DNA of 64,000 nt, taken from contig CAVUMN010000004.1 of the NCBI GenBank assembly GCA_963742735.1, positions 64,001 to 128,000 on the forward strand, in the 5' to 3' direction. Under the pieces are notes generated by a model. The model was not told the origin of the DNA and searched no databases. It worked only from the letters and a program-made list of their open reading frames with translations. Positions 26,599-34,710 of this stretch are shown here, piece by piece; the first letter of the stretch is position 1, and every line of letters begins with the position of its first letter. Position numbers and translations under genes: made by a program. Source of the stretch: an uncultured Actinomycetes bacterium. Its GTDB lineage: Bacteria > Actinomycetota > UBA4738 > JBBDTT01.

Positions 26599-27345
26599 AT
26601 GGCCACCGAGAGCGTGCCGAACGAGAACCCGATCACGAAGCTCCGCCGCGAGCAGGAGGTCGACGAGCGCGTCGAGCTGCTCGGGCAGGCGCCGCTGTTC
26701 TCGGTCCTGCGCGGCGAGGACATGCGCGATCTGGCCGACAAGTTCCACGTGGTCCGGTACCGCCGAGGCGAGGTGATCTTCCGCGAGGGCGAGCCGGCCG
26801 AGCGCCTGTTCGTCATCGCCGACGGGCGGGTGAAGCTGACGATCACCTCGCCCGCGGGGCAGGAGCTGATGATCGCGGTCCTGGGGCGGGGGCAGATCTT
26901 CGGCGAGCTCGCGATCGTCGACCGCGGCCTGCGCGAGATGGACGCGCGCGCCATGGAGGACGTCATGCTGTTCTCGCTGGCCAGCGACCAGTTCTGGATG
27001 ATCATCGAGGGCCGGCCCGCGCTCGCGCGGCGGCTGCTGGAGCTGATGGGCCGGCGTCTGCGCCGCGCCGACCAGGCCACGCAGGACCTGGTGTTCTTCG
27101 ACGCCCCGACGCGCCTCGCGCGCAAGCTGCTCGAGCTGGCCGAGGAGCACGGCGAGCCCGCCGACGGCGGCGGCGTGCGCATCGAGAGCCGCGTCACCCA
27201 GGAGGAGATCGCGCAGATGATCGGCGTGTCGCGGGAGAGCGCCAACCGGCTGATCTCCTCGTTCGCCGGCCGCGGCTGGATCGACTGGAACGACGGCAAC
27301 CCCATCGTCCTGAAGCCCGAACAGCTGATGCGCCGCGCCCGCTGA
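26599..27345 (+). CDS. Crp/Fnr family regulator (GlxR/Crp-like)
   Basis: IFREGEP, GRVKL, FGELAI..R, HTH TQEEIAQMIGVSRESANR. Confidence 0.95.
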   Translation: MATESVPNENPITKLRREQEVDERVELLGQAPLFSVLRGEDMRDLADKFHVVRYRRGEVIFREGEPAERLFVIADGRVKLTITSPAGQELMIAVLGRGQIFGELAIVDRGLREMDARAMEDVMLFSLASDQFWMIIEGRPALARRLLELMGRRLRRADQATQDLVFFDAPTRLARKLLELAEEHGEPADGGGVRIESRVTQEEIAQMIGVSRESANRLISSFAGRGWIDWNDGNPIVLKPEQLMRRAR

Positions 27346-27348
27346 CGG

Positions 27349-28584
27349 ATGGAGCGGATCGACGCCGTCGTCGTCGGTGCGGGACAGGCCGGCCTCGTCA
27401 CCAGCTACGAGCTCACGGCGCGGGGCATCGACCATGTGGTCCTGGAGCGAGGCCGGATCGGCGACTCCTGGGCGCGGCGGTGGGACTCGTTCACCCTGGT
27501 TTCGCCGGCGTGGTGGACGAACCTCCCGGGACGACCTCGCGACGAGGAGGGGACCGCAAAGGGTGAGGCCTTCTTGCCTCGCGACGAGATCGTCGCGATG
27601 TTCGAGGACTACGCGAGGGGCTTCGACGCTCCGATCCGGGAGGCCGTCGAGGTCCGGCGCCTGCGTCCCGTGGACGAGGGATTCGTCGTCGAAACCTCCG
27701 AAGGCGACCTCTCGGCCCGCGCCGCTGTCGTCGCCACCGGATCCTTCCGCCGCCCCTTCCGGCCGCCGGGATCCGAGGATCTCCCGGCTGGGCTTCCCCA
27801 GATCGACGCCGACCACTACCGGAACTCCGACGGCCTCCCTGACGGAAAGCTGCTGATCCTCGGCGGCGCCCAGACCGCCTGCCAGATCGCCGAGGACCTC
27901 GTCGCGGCCGGCCGCGAGGTAGTCGTTGCCACCGGGCGCGTCTTCTCGGGGCCGCGGCGTATCGGCGACCACGACCTGTTTTGGTGGATCGTGGAGACCG
28001 GATTCGCCGAGCAGCCTGTCGAGGCACTGGACTCACCCCTGGCCCGCCTGTTCGCGAATCCGATCGCCACCGGAAGAGACGGCGGGCACGACCTCAGCCT
28101 GTTCACGCTGCGCGAGGCGGGCGTTGAGATCCTGGGCCGGTTCGTCGGCGCGGACGGCTCGGCTGCGGCCTTCGCCGACGACGTCCCGGCGAGCCTCGCG
28201 TCGGGTGAGGAGTTCCTCATGAAGTTCCGCGGCATGATCGAGCGGACGGCGAATGAGAAGGGCATTCCACAGCCCGATCTGCCCCCTCCGGCGGTGTGGA
28301 CCACTCCGACCCGCACATCCCTGGACCTCACCGGGTTCGGAGCGGTCGTGCACGCCTCGGGGTTCCGGCCCGACTACGGGTCCTGGATCGAGGTCGCCGG
28401 CGGGTTCGACGAGCATGGCTTCCCCGTGCAGCGCGACGGGGCAAGCCTCGCCGCCGACGGTCTGTACTTCGTCGGCACGCACTTCCTTCGCAAGCGCAAG
28501 TCGTCGCTGCTGTGGGGCGTCGGAGAGGACGCCGCGATCGTGGCCGGCGCCCTCGCCACTCGGCTCGGCGCCGCCGCGCGGTAG
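27349..28584 (+). CDS. Flavin-containing monooxygenase-like oxidoreductase
   Basis: VVGAGQAG, RIGDSWARRWDSF, ATG, GGAQTACQIAE, GLYFVG..GVGEDA. Confidence 0.88.
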   Translation: MERIDAVVVGAGQAGLVTSYELTARGIDHVVLERGRIGDSWARRWDSFTLVSPAWWTNLPGRPRDEEGTAKGEAFLPRDEIVAMFEDYARGFDAPIREAVEVRRLRPVDEGFVVETSEGDLSARAAVVATGSFRRPFRPPGSEDLPAGLPQIDADHYRNSDGLPDGKLLILGGAQTACQIAEDLVAAGREVVVATGRVFSGPRRIGDHDLFWWIVETGFAEQPVEALDSPLARLFANPIATGRDGGHDLSLFTLREAGVEILGRFVGADGSAAAFADDVPASLASGEEFLMKFRGMIERTANEKGIPQPDLPPPAVWTTPTRTSLDLTGFGAVVHASGFRPDYGSWIEVAGGFDEHGFPVQRDGASLAADGLYFVGTHFLRKRKSSLLWGVGEDAAIVAGALATRLGAAAR

Positions 28585-28585
28585 G

Positions 28586-29371
28586 TCAAACCGCGGGTGC
28601 GCGAAGCAGGAACGAGATGACCCCTCCCTTGCCCTTCAATGCAACGCTCCCCCGCGGCTCGAGCTGGAATCCGTCGCCGAGGGCCTGCGCGACGACGTCC
28701 GACACGTGGATGCCGTTCGGCTCACTGGAGGACTCCAGCCGGCTCGCGACATTCACCGTGTCGCCCCAGACGTCGTAGACGAACTTGCGGGTCCCGATCA
28801 CGCCGGCCACCGCGGGACCCGAGTGGATGCCGATGCGGATTCGCCAGTCTCGGCCCGTGGACTCGTTCAGCCGTCCGACGGCCTCCACCATCCCCAGGGC
28901 CAGCTCGGCGATCGCCGTCACGTGATCCTCCCGGGTTCCGGGGAGCCCCGCCACCGCGAGGTACGCGTCGCCGATCGTCTTGATCTTCTCGACCTCGAAC
29001 CGCTCGCACAGCGAATCGAACTCGGAGAACAGCCGGTTGAGCTCTGTGACCAGCTCGTGGGGCTCGAGGTCCGAGGACAGCGCGGTGAATCCCACAAGGT
29101 CGCTGAACAACACCGTCACGGAGTCGAACCGGTCGGCGATGGTCTCCTCGCCCGCGCCGAGTCGGTCGATGATCGGCTGGGGCAGGATGTTGAGCAGCAG
29201 CGAGTGCGAGCGGGCCCGCTCCTCATCGAGCTCCTTCATCACACTCGACAGCAGCTTGGAGGTGGAGTCCTGCATCTCCTCCATCTGGCGCACGTTGGCG
29301 TCCAGCCGCGCGAGCCTTCGCGCGAGCGCGCGGTTCTCCTTCTGCAGGTCCTCGAGGGAGGGCTCGTCCAT
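28586..29371 (-). CDS. Soluble class III adenylate cyclase with N-terminal coiled coil
   Basis: LLLNILPQPI (CTE), VLFSDLVGFT, EKIKTIGDAY, YDVWGDTVNVASRLES; the Lys/Asp pair indicates ATP specificity. Confidence 0.93.
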   Translation of the reverse strand: MDEPSLEDLQKENRALARRLARLDANVRQMEEMQDSTSKLLSSVMKELDEERARSHSLLLNILPQPIIDRLGAGEETIADRFDSVTVLFSDLVGFTALSSDLEPHELVTELNRLFSEFDSLCERFEVEKIKTIGDAYLAVAGLPGTREDHVTAIAELALGMVEAVGRLNESTGRDWRIRIGIHSGPAVAGVIGTRKFVYDVWGDTVNVASRLESSSEPNGIHVSDVVAQALGDGFQLEPRGSVALKGKGGVISFLLRAPAV

Positions 29372-29382
29372 GCCGGCGGCCG

Positions 29383-30549
29383 CTACTCCGACCCGAGCAG
29401 CACCGCGACCATGGTCTCGTTGTGGAAGCGGGTGGGCGCCCCCGCATCGAGCGGCGCGATCTCCCCGAGGCAGTACGCGCCGGCGATCGGAAGGTCCCCG
29501 AACTCCGTCCGCGCGATCTCGAGCTCGCGGCCGGCGCGCGTGCCCAGCACCGCCTTTCGCACGGCGCACGCGAACAGCAGCGCGGCCCCGGGCGTGGACC
29601 CCTCCGGGAACGCCTTGATCGCTCGCCGGAACGCCGAATGCGTACCGTCGAAGATCGCCTCCGTCGCCGCCACGGCGAGCTGCACTCGCGCTCCCTCCTG
29701 CAGACCGCCGGGCACGCGCAGAACGCCGAGTGGGAGGTCCTCCGACAGGAGCGCGACGCGCAGGAAGAACCCCTCCCCGTCGCCCTCGTGCACCGCCAGG
29801 GGGGTCGCGGAGGAGGGCACGCCGCCCGCCCCCAGATAGCGCTCGTAGAAGGCGAGGGCGGATTCGCCGTCGATCTCGGACACGGTGTCGTGCGCCGACA
29901 TCGTGACCACACCGATCTTCCCCACCGGCTGCCAGCCGGCGTCCACGCCGAACGAGTGCACGAGCGGCCCCGAGAACAGCAGCACGGGGACGGCGTCCTC
30001 GAGTACCCGGCCGTTGAAGAACTCCTTGGCGCCGATGGCGGCGGGCGGTCCGAGCGTCCCCGAGATGGCCCCTCCGCCGATGATGCTCACCTCGTCGCCG
30101 AGCTCCGTCCGGAGGGCTTCCAGGATCTGCGGTGGCAACCCCGCGACCGAGGGTGTCGTGATGCACAGGACGGGCTCGAGGGCCGACCCCGAACGCGCCT
30201 CTTGGACCGCCGCACGAACGGCCGCCTCATGGTCCTGGCTCACGTTCGTCCCGAGGCCGGCACGGATGTCCACCGAGTCCGTCACGAAGAGCGCCAGGGC
30301 CACCGAGTCCTCCAGGTAGCCCATGCCCGAGGACATCTCGCCCATCGTCGAGGAGCCGATGAGCTGGATCCCGGGATAGGCGGTCGCCACGGCGGCGACG
30401 ACGATCTCCGGATCGGTTTCGTACGCGCAGAACAGGAGACCGGCCGACGGTGTTGCGCCGCCGAGGTCGACTTCGCACTGCGCGAGCACCGAGGCGGCGG
30501 CCTCTCCGGCGTCGACCTCGTTGCTGTGCCCGACCACCATCCGGAACAT
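29383..30549 (-). CDS. Stand-alone FIST domain sensor protein (NosP-like)
   Basis: IGSSTMGEM, IIGGGA, GWQPVG, EIDGESALAFYERYLG, FACAVRK, GAYCLGEIAP..FHNET. Confidence 0.92.
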   Translation of the reverse strand: MFRMVVGHSNEVDAGEAAASVLAQCEVDLGGATPSAGLLFCAYETDPEIVVAAVATAYPGIQLIGSSTMGEMSSGMGYLEDSVALALFVTDSVDIRAGLGTNVSQDHEAAVRAAVQEARSGSALEPVLCITTPSVAGLPPQILEALRTELGDEVSIIGGGAISGTLGPPAAIGAKEFFNGRVLEDAVPVLLFSGPLVHSFGVDAGWQPVGKIGVVTMSAHDTVSEIDGESALAFYERYLGAGGVPSSATPLAVHEGDGEGFFLRVALLSEDLPLGVLRVPGGLQEGARVQLAVAATEAIFDGTHSAFRRAIKAFPEGSTPGAALLFACAVRKAVLGTRAGRELEIARTEFGDLPIAGAYCLGEIAPLDAGAPTRFHNETMVAVLLGSE

Positions 30550-30573
30550 TGCCCCGAGCCTACCGCGGCTCCA

Positions 30574-30612
30574 TGTGCGGTAGGTCACACCCCCAGAGTG
30601 CGGACGTTCACG
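30574..30612. promoter_or_regulatory. Two tandem Crp-type binding sites
   Basis: TGTGC-ggtagg-TCACA (30574-30589) and AGTGC-ggacgt-TCACG (30597-30612) versus consensus TGTGA-N6-TCACA. Confidence 0.65.
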
Positions 30613-30725
30613 GGGCGTTCGTGAGCGTGACCGGGCGGCGGGCCGCGCTCGTCGCGATACCCTTCTGCCCGATCCGGTGGTCCTCGCCTCGGGCCACCAC
30701 GTCCGCCCTCACGACAGGAGCCTCG

Positions 30726-32039
30726 ATGACCGACGAGACCACCGAACCCCAGCTCGACGCCGACGTGATCGTGATCGGCGGCGGCCCCGCCGGCGCCACC
30801 ATCTCCGGCTACCTGGGCCGCGCCGGCTACAAGGTGATCACGCTCGAGCGCGACATCCACCCGCGCGAGCACGTCGGCGAGTCGCTGGTCCCGGCCACGA
30901 ACATCGTCACCCACGACCTGGGCTTCTGGCCGAAGATGGAGCAGATGGGCTGGGTCGTGAAGCCCGGTGCCTCCTGGACCGGATTCAAGGGCGGCGTCGG
31001 CTCGGAGTTCGTCGTGACGTTCGCCGAGGTCCCGCAGGACATCCCGAACCCCGACTACACGTACCACGTCGACCGCGCCGTCTTCGACGCGATGTTCCTG
31101 AAGCACGCCCAGGAGCTCGGCGCGAACGTGGTCGAGGGGGCGTACGTGAACAAGGTGCTGTTCGAGGGGGACCGTGCGGTCGGCGTTCTGGCCACCGTCG
31201 CCGGCAAGAAGATCGAGCTGCGCTCCAAGTTCGTGGTCGACGCGAGTGGCCGCCGCACGGTCATCGGCAAGCAGCTGAACCTGCGCGAGAAGGACCCGCA
31301 GTTCAACCAGTTCGCCATCTACTCCTGGTTCAAGGGCGTGAAGGCTCCGACGGAGAAGACGAAGGACTACATCCACGTGCACTTCCTGCCCATCGAGCGC
31401 GGCTGGGTGTGGCACATCCCGATCTACGAGGACGCGACGAGTGTCGGCGTGGTCGTGGAGAAGAAGGAGTTCCAGAAGTCCGGCAAGACCCACGAGGAGT
31501 TCTTCAACGAGGTCGTGCAGCTCTCGAAGAACACCGTCCACGCCCTGGAGGGCGCCGAGCGGATCAGGCCGTTCTGGATCGAGGCCGACTACTCCTACAA
31601 GATCGAGAAGTTCACCGGGCCCGGCTGGATGCTCGTCGGCGACGCGGCGCGGTTCGTCGACCCGATCTTCTCCTCCGGCGTTTCGGTGGCCATGCGCTCG
31701 AGCCAGTTCGCGTTCGCCGCGATCGAGGCCGTTCTGAAGGGCGAGCGGACCGAGGACGACGCCCTCGGCGAGTACGACGAGACGATCCAGCGCGGAACCC
31801 AGATCTGGTACGAGTGGATCACGCTGTACTACAAGATGCAGTCGCTGTTCACGCGGTTCTCCGCGAAGAAGGAATACAAGAAGGACATCCAGCAGCTGCT
31901 CCAGGGCGAGGTCTTCGACAAGGGCGCGATCAAGGTCATCGACCGGATGAAGGCCGCCGTCAAGGCGATCGAGGAGACCGAGGGTCACCTGATGCAGCAG
32001 TACCTCGGCGACGTGGAAGTCGTGGAAGCCCAGGTCTAG
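30726..32039 (+). CDS. Flavin-dependent halogenase (PltA/CndH/CmlS-type)
   Basis: RBS ACAGGAG; GGGPAG, HVGESL, candidate catalytic Lys in VVKPGA, WVWHIP (WxWxIP), GDAARFVDPIFSSGV. Confidence 0.88.
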   Translation: MTDETTEPQLDADVIVIGGGPAGATISGYLGRAGYKVITLERDIHPREHVGESLVPATNIVTHDLGFWPKMEQMGWVVKPGASWTGFKGGVGSEFVVTFAEVPQDIPNPDYTYHVDRAVFDAMFLKHAQELGANVVEGAYVNKVLFEGDRAVGVLATVAGKKIELRSKFVVDASGRRTVIGKQLNLREKDPQFNQFAIYSWFKGVKAPTEKTKDYIHVHFLPIERGWVWHIPIYEDATSVGVVVEKKEFQKSGKTHEEFFNEVVQLSKNTVHALEGAERIRPFWIEADYSYKIEKFTGPGWMLVGDAARFVDPIFSSGVSVAMRSSQFAFAAIEAVLKGERTEDDALGEYDETIQRGTQIWYEWITLYYKMQSLFTRFSAKKEYKKDIQQLLQGEVFDKGAIKVIDRMKAAVKAIEETEGHLMQQYLGDVEVVEAQV

Positions 32040-32066
32040 TCACTCCGGGCGGCGGGAGGCCGGCCG

Positions 32067-33344
32067 ATGACCGAGCACCAGCTTTTGCTTCTTCTGGCCG
32101 AGATCGTCGTGCTGGTCGTCGTCGCGCGACTGGGGGGGGAGGTCGCGGCACGGCTGGGGATCCCTCTCGTCGTCGGGGAGCTCCTCTTCGGGATCGCCGT
32201 CGGCCCGTCCCTGCTCGGAGTGGTGTGGCCAGGAGGCTTCCAGGCGCTGTTCCCCCCGGAGCAACGGCCGATGCTCGATGTCGTCGGGTGGATCGGCGTC
32301 ATCTTCCTGGTCCTGATCGCGGGCATGGAGACCCGACTGGGGATCCTCCGGCGAGCGCGAAAGGCCGTGTTCACGTCGTGGATCGGCGGCTTCTTCCTGC
32401 CGTTCGCACTCGGGATGGGGTTCGCGTTCCTCGTGCCCGCGACGCTGATCGGGCCGGCCGTGGACCGACCGGTGTTCGCCCTGTTCATGGGGACGGCCAT
32501 GGCGATCTCCGCCATCCCGGTGATCGCCCGGATCCTGATGGACCTCGGCCTGTTTCGAAGTCGCGTGGGAATGGTCGTCATCTCCACCGCGGTCACCGAC
32601 GACACGCTCGGGTGGATCGTCCTGGCGTTCGTGAGCGGCCTGGCGAACGACGGAGCCGTGAACGCCGGGGGGATGGTCCGCACCTCGCTGCTCACCCTGG
32701 GCTTCGTGGCCGCTGCCCTGACCGTCGGCCGGCCCCTCGTCGCCTGGGCGGTTCGCGCGAGCGCGAAGCTGCGGGTGCCCCACGGGCAGTCCTCGGTCAT
32801 GCTCCTCATGGTGTTCCTGGGCGGCCTGGCGACGCAGGCGATCGGCGTCCACCTGGTCCTCGGGGCGTTCCTCGTGGGGATCCTGATCGGGCGATCGAAG
32901 GCCCTGGGTCCCGAGGCCGTCGAGTCGGTCCACCAGCTGGGGATGGGCTTCTTCGCGCCGTTCTTCTTCGCGTACACCGGGATCAAGGTCGACCTGACCG
33001 CGCTCGGCGGGAACCTCGCCCTGGTCGCGGTCGCGGCGGTGGCCGTGGCCTCGTTCGGGAAGCTCGTCGGAGGTGGGGTCGGCGCTCGTATCGGCGGATT
33101 GCCCCGGTGGGAGGCGGCCGCGGTCGGCGCCGGGCTCAACGCCCGCGGCGCGATGGAGCTGGTCATCGCCGCCATCGGACTGTCGATCGGCGTGCTCACC
33201 GAGGCGTCCTACGCCATCGTGGTCCTGATCGCGGTGACGACCTCGGCCATGGCCGGCCCGATGATCCGGACGTTCATGCGCCGGGCCAGGATCGCCGCAG
33301 GCGAGGTCGGGGAGACCGAGGCCGTGCCGGCGGTCGCCGGCTAG
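32067..33344 (+). CDS. Cation:proton antiporter (CPA2 family)
   Basis: GELLFGIAVGPS, ISAIPVIARIL, TDDTLGW, GLNARGAME; about 12 TM. Confidence 0.9.
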   Translation: MTEHQLLLLLAEIVVLVVVARLGGEVAARLGIPLVVGELLFGIAVGPSLLGVVWPGGFQALFPPEQRPMLDVVGWIGVIFLVLIAGMETRLGILRRARKAVFTSWIGGFFLPFALGMGFAFLVPATLIGPAVDRPVFALFMGTAMAISAIPVIARILMDLGLFRSRVGMVVISTAVTDDTLGWIVLAFVSGLANDGAVNAGGMVRTSLLTLGFVAAALTVGRPLVAWAVRASAKLRVPHGQSSVMLLMVFLGGLATQAIGVHLVLGAFLVGILIGRSKALGPEAVESVHQLGMGFFAPFFFAYTGIKVDLTALGGNLALVAVAAVAVASFGKLVGGGVGARIGGLPRWEAAAVGAGLNARGAMELVIAAIGLSIGVLTEASYAIVVLIAVTTSAMAGPMIRTFMRRARIAAGEVGETEAVPAVAG

Positions 33345-33378
33345 GTCCGGTCAGGGCCCCGCGTAGACTCCCCGCCCG

Positions 33379-34209
33379 ATGTTGCGCGCGGTCATCCTCG
33401 GCATCACCCAGGGGCTCTCCGAGTTCCTCCCGATCTCGTCGTCGGCCCATCTGGTGCTCGTCCCCTTCGTCCTGACCTGGGACGTCAACCAGCCGATCCC
33501 AGGGACGCCGGCCCTGGGGTTCGACGTGGCGCTGCACCTCGGCACGCTCCTGGCCGTCGTCGTGTACTTCCGGAGGGATCTGCTGGCCATCCTCGGGGGA
33601 TCCCTGCGGGCCGCGCGGGGCGGGCGGGCCGAGGCCGACGTGGTGAACGCGCGGATGCTTGGGCTGCTCGCCGTGGCCACGGTGCCCGCCGCCGCGGTGG
33701 GGCTCCTGTTCAAGGACCGGATCGAGGACGCGTTCGGCGAACCCCAGATCGCCGCGCTCCTGCTGCTCGGAACGGCCGCGCTGCTGGTCGTCGCGGACTT
33801 CCTGCACGACCGGCGGGAGCACCATCGCGACCTGGCCTCGGTGGGAATGGTCGACGCGGTCGTGATCGGGGCGATGCAGGCGGTGTCGATCCTGCCTGGC
33901 ATCTCCAGGTCCGGGTCGACGATCACCGCCGGCATCGCCCGAGGGCTGTCGCGAGAGTCGGCCGCGCGGTTCTCGTTCCTGACGTCGATCCCGGCGATCC
34001 TGGGGGCCGCCTTGGTCGCCCTGCCCGACCTCCGGGGCATCCCGTCGTGGGGCCCGGTGATCGCCGGGGCGGTCGTCGCCGCGATCGTCGGGTTCCTCTC
34101 GATCGCGTTCCTGCTCCGGTACGTGCGGACCAACCGCCTCCGCCCCTTCGCCGTCTACTGCGTGGTCGCCGGCGTGGTGGGCCTGGCCTACTGGGCCCAG
34201 ATCAAGTAG
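33379..34209 (+). CDS. uppP: Undecaprenyl-diphosphate phosphatase
   Basis: QGLSEFLPISSSAHL, LHLGT, PGISRSGSTI. Confidence 0.96.
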   Translation: MLRAVILGITQGLSEFLPISSSAHLVLVPFVLTWDVNQPIPGTPALGFDVALHLGTLLAVVVYFRRDLLAILGGSLRAARGGRAEADVVNARMLGLLAVATVPAAAVGLLFKDRIEDAFGEPQIAALLLLGTAALLVVADFLHDRREHHRDLASVGMVDAVVIGAMQAVSILPGISRSGSTITAGIARGLSRESAARFSFLTSIPAILGAALVALPDLRGIPSWGPVIAGAVVAAIVGFLSIAFLLRYVRTNRLRPFAVYCVVAGVVGLAYWAQIK

Positions 34210-34699
34210 GGATCGACTCCACGAGCGCCTCGCTCTGGGCGCGGTCGAGCCCCCTGGTAGTAACCCCGAGCACGTCGGGGCCGCTGTCGGCCGCGTAGCC
34301 GAAGCACGGGGACGGTCCCTGCCCGGCATCTCCGCACTCCGGCGAATCGGCGACGACCGTCCAGTCGCCCACCCGAGGTCCCCGCAGGTCGACCGAGCCC
34401 GCGGTTCCGCGGTACACGCGAACCACCACCTCCCGGCATCGATCGTCCGTCCAGATGGCGAGGCCGCCCGCGGGCCGAAGGTGGGACTCCCAAACGCCGG
34501 CCAGGCCGAAGCCCGCCGGCAATTCGCCCGGAACATGGCCCGCGAGCTGTTCGACGATGCGGCCGACCGGGAGGGGGTCGGCCTGCGCGTTCCCGAGCGG
34601 GCACGCGCGGGGCGCCGGCGACGTGACCACGGCCGATGAAGCCTGGCTACACGCCGCGGCGGCTGCCAGGGCCACCACGAGGAGGAATCGTGCCCGCAT
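34202..34699 (-). CDS. Hypothetical lipoprotein
   Basis: MRARFLLVVALAAAAAC lipobox; four further Cys. Confidence 0.65.
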   Translation of the reverse strand: MRARFLLVVALAAAAACSQASSAVVTSPAPRACPLGNAQADPLPVGRIVEQLAGHVPGELPAGFGLAGVWESHLRPAGGLAIWTDDRCREVVVRVYRGTAGSVDLRGPRVGDWTVVADSPECGDAGQGPSPCFGYAADSGPDVLGVTTRGLDRAQSEALVESIPT

Positions 34700-34710
34700 G
34701 AGGCACCAAG

